A stretch of 61,248 nt of DNA, the filler included. It is 5 parts of 5 records of this genome, joined end to end, with 100 filler letters (N's around TTAATTAATTAA, not from the genome) between each part and the next. Parts side by side here need not be neighbours in the genome. Positions count along the whole stretch, not along the records: positions 53,642 to 61,248 come from SRR31156797_14638; 4 more parts are not named here. One strand, 5' to 3'. The position numbers and the translations under genes are program-made. Below the pieces are notes generated by a model. That model was not told where the DNA came from. It ran no database searches and was given only the letters and a program-made list of their open reading frames with translations. Each line of letters opens with the position of its first letter. Position 1 is the stretch's first letter. Shown here one piece after another: positions 58,665 through 61,248 of this stretch.

Positions 58665-59237
58665 CTACTTGGATGCGTTAATAAAGGCTATGTCCTGAGA
58701 TACAACTCTACTTAGGAACCTATCTTTTGGATACTCTTTTTTTAACTCTTTCAAGGAGTTTATCATTTCATCAGCATTTGCCCCTCTTTCAAATGCCTTG
58801 ATAAAAATATCTTGTCTACTGCTCTTTTTCATCTTAGGTTCCCATTCATAATAATCAAGCGAGACCCATGGATATGAGTCTATTCTCTTAAAATACTCAT
58901 CTTCCATTTTATTAAGTATATGAGATGTTACAGCCTGCTTTAATCCTAAAGGTCCACCTTCATGAATTGATCTAAAAAAAGAACCACTTTGTGTGAAACA
59001 CTGCATAGCATTTTCTTCTTCATCTTCTGCTAAGAAATCAGACTCAATCCAAAAGGCTTCTGCTATGCCAAAAAAATCAATACTTTGAAGAACATCATCA
59101 GATAATTGCTCTTCTGGATTTAGCTTTTTGTAGGTCCCATCAACCCATATTGCAACTTTGAAGCCAGAGTTTGCTTCATCTTCACATTCACAAGCAGTCT
59201 GAATAGTATCCCCTACATTATCAAGATCGAATTTCAT
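58665..59237 (-). CDS. Hypothetical protein
   Basis: 190-aa ORF with GAAGGT RBS-like sequence; no recognised motif. Confidence 0.65.
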   Translation of the reverse strand: MKFDLDNVGDTIQTACECEDEANSGFKVAIWVDGTYKKLNPEEQLSDDVLQSIDFFGIAEAFWIESDFLAEDEEENAMQCFTQSGSFFRSIHEGGPLGLKQAVTSHILNKMEDEYFKRIDSYPWVSLDYYEWEPKMKKSSRQDIFIKAFERGANADEMINSLKELKKEYPKDRFLSRVVSQDIAFINASK

Positions 59238-59414
59238 ATTAAGTACCTTCTCCGAATGTAATTATTTTATGTTCAACAGTATTGTTTTTTCTTTTGTTTA
59301 TACCTGCTTATTGCACGGAAAAGAAGGTTAGGATCTCGTGAATATAGAAAGATGCTAGAATGATATTACTAAGTTAATTTTTTGTGCAGAGAAAACCATT
59401 ATTTAACTGATATT

Positions 59415-60155
59415 ATGGATGATAACACTGATATCCCAAATGTTTTGTCAGTAAGAGATCTACGAGCTAAACATATAGGCAAGAAAGTTTCAATAAAAGG
59501 AATTGTTCATGCTTTGGACATGATTAAACCAAAGCTTTTGAAAGCAGCTTTCGTATGTGAGTATTGCGAAACAGAAGTTGCTACTGATTCTTTGGAAGAT
59601 CCTGCTGTCTGTGAGAATGAAACGTGTGGTAGATCAGATGGATTGGTCTTTTTGGAAGATAAGGCGGTCTACACTGATTACTTACAAATGACACTTGCAT
59701 ACATTTTTGAGCTTGGAGATAGTTCAAAAAAGTATTCTATTCAAGTAGATCTTGAAGGTGATCTTGTAAATGGGATTAAGGAAAAAGATGTTGTGATTGT
59801 GAAAGGCATACTCCAGACCACAGCTGGCAAACATTGCAAAATTCCAAAAAATATTGATTATACATTAACTGCAAAATCAGTTGAAGTGCTTGATAAAAGC
59901 GAGCCTTCAAAAATGCATACTGCAAACAAAGATGCTGGAGAAAGTAGTCAGAGAAAAGACAGCAAGAAAATCAAAGAAGTTATAAAATCTGTAGGTGAAA
60001 AGCACCCAGGTGGGAAAGCTCCTCTGAATGAAGTTTATGTAGAAGCAAAAATACAGCACCAATTTGACACTAAACGTACTGGAGATCTGATAGAAAGAAT
60101 GAGACGTTGTGGTGACCTTATCAAACCCGACAAAGAACATGTGAAAGTGATTTAA
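59415..60155 (+). CDS. MCM-derived protein: N-terminal OB/Zn-finger region joined to C-terminal winged helix, no AAA+ domain
   Basis: VRDLRAKHIGKKVSIKGIV, KPKLLKAAFVCEYC..CENETC, LEGDLV..DVVIVKGIL; tail SQR..IKEVIK..GKAPLNEVY..GDLIKPD. Confidence 0.78.
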   Translation: MDDNTDIPNVLSVRDLRAKHIGKKVSIKGIVHALDMIKPKLLKAAFVCEYCETEVATDSLEDPAVCENETCGRSDGLVFLEDKAVYTDYLQMTLAYIFELGDSSKKYSIQVDLEGDLVNGIKEKDVVIVKGILQTTAGKHCKIPKNIDYTLTAKSVEVLDKSEPSKMHTANKDAGESSQRKDSKKIKEVIKSVGEKHPGGKAPLNEVYVEAKIQHQFDTKRTGDLIERMRRCGDLIKPDKEHVKVI

Positions 60156-60604
60156 CCTTTTAATTTTTAAAATTCTCACCGAAAGGTGGTTTTACAAAGA
60201 TGGCATATGATTGTATTTTTGGCTCTTTTTTAAATTCAACAGAAGGGCATTAAAAAGCAACAGACGTTCCTGTTTCTGAAAACTGATGTGGCAAACCCGA
60301 ACCAACACCATGGAAGTAAGTAGAACAGTAGGAGGATTGGCCAATTTCAAATGAGGAACATTTTTATTGGCCAATACGTGCGAGTCAAACGAGGGCAATC
60401 ATGAACCTGATACTCAGGAAAGTATACAGAAGTTTTCGGAGAACTCTGAAGGTTGTAGTTCCCGATCAACCCGCAAATACAAAATAGACTTTTTAGTATA
60501 TCAATGTTACGAATTTTTAAGAAAATAACACAGATTGCTTTTTTCCAATGTTGGTGTAACACCAAAATGACATGCTACCCGAATATACAACAAACCTAAA
60601 GTCC

Positions 60605-60653
60605 ACTCAAAAAAAGCAAAAAAGAAATCAAAGCAGCCCTTCAAAAGGGCTGC
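60605..60653 (-). terminator. Probable terminator of the chemoreceptor gene
   Basis: GCAGCCCTT-N3-AAGGGCTGC followed on the minus strand by T tracts. Confidence 0.6.
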
Positions 60654-60683
60654 AACCCTAATAAAATTACCAAAACCTACAGA

Positions 60684-61247
60684 TCAGACCAAAGCATCCT
60701 CTGGAAGCTCTGGATCCATTTCTTCAACATCTGAGGAGAACAAACCTTCCACCTCGTCATCAAATGAATCTTCAGAACCAACTGAAGCACCTGCCACAGA
60801 ATCCAGCTTGAACTTTGAAACCACTAACTGCATGTTGGCTGCCACATCTGCAAGCTCCTGAGCGGACCTCGAGAGTTCCTGCATAGAATTAGTTTGCTCC
60901 TGAACAGAGGCAGAAGCCTGCTGAGCCCCGGCTGCGGACTCTTCTGATATCGCAGACACTTCCTCCACAGAGGAGGTTACCTCTTCTATTGAAGCGGATT
61001 GCTCTTCTGCGGCCGCAGCTATCTCCTGTACCATCTTCACGATGGTATTTCCGGCCGCTACTACATCATCAACTGCAAGGGCCGACTTCTCAAGGGAAAC
61101 TGCACCAGCATCAACTTCATCTGCACCCTTCCCCATAGCGGAAACCGCTTCATGAGTTCCATTCTGTATCTGGCCAATAAGATCTGCGATTTGCTGGGCA
61201 GCATTACCTGATTCTTCAGCAAGCTTCCTAACCTCATCAGCTACAAC
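60684..61247 (-). CDS. Methyl-accepting chemotaxis protein, C-terminal part (5' truncated)
   Basis: VVADEVRKLAEES hairpin region; IAAAAEEQSASIEEV methylation helices. Confidence 0.92.
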   Translation of the reverse strand, partial: VVADEVRKLAEESGNAAQQIADLIGQIQNGTHEAVSAMGKGADEVDAGAVSLEKSALAVDDVVAAGNTIVKMVQEIAAAAEEQSASIEEVTSSVEEVSAISEESAAGAQQASASVQEQTNSMQELSRSAQELADVAANMQLVVSKFKLDSVAGASVGSEDSFDDEVEGLFSSDVEEMDPELPEDALV

Positions 61248-61248
61248 A

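Noticed and set aside
60192-60565. Short minus-strand ORFs downstream of the mini-MCM
   Set aside because: No RBS or motifs; no tRNA or att site recognisable.

Overview
The window is not one locus. It is five unrelated contigs joined by 100-nt N44-TTAATTAATTAA-N44 spacers (25873-25972, 39549-39648, 47085-47184, 53542-53641), so synteny across spacers is meaningless. Taxonomic calls below are inferred from gene content and protein style. (1) 1-25872, Desulfovibrionaceae-like: DMT/MerR cluster tail, catB-like acetyltransferase, DUF362, fur; a sigma54-controlled operon of diaminopropionate ammonia-lyase, M24 hydrolase, atypical BCCT transporter, YgeY-like M20 hydrolase and RidA (probably an uncharacterised catabolic route); a complete sigma54-regulated reductive dehalogenase cluster (TPR-rdhA-rdhB-rdhC); and a MarR/activase/methyltransferase/flavodoxin cluster. 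(2) 25973-39548, Clostridia-like: an iron-related island (AraC, MATE, feoAB, flavodoxin, DUF3793, methyltransferase, YbaN, two ABC half-transporters) with five copies of an AGTTAGC-N4-GCTAACT palindrome. (3) 39649-47084, Campylobacterota: ilvC-rnr-[yoeB/yefM, hypothetical, two exported rhodanese proteins]-holA-rpsF. (4) 47185-53541, unidentified low-GC bacterium: an operon of exported LPP20-like proteins plus a papain-family protease. (5) 53642-61248, Methanosarcinaceae-like archaeon: frameshifted tyrosine recombinase, large KAP NTPase, an MCM derivative lacking the AAA+ motor, and the 3' end of a chemoreceptor gene. No rRNA, tRNA or CRISPR array was seen.
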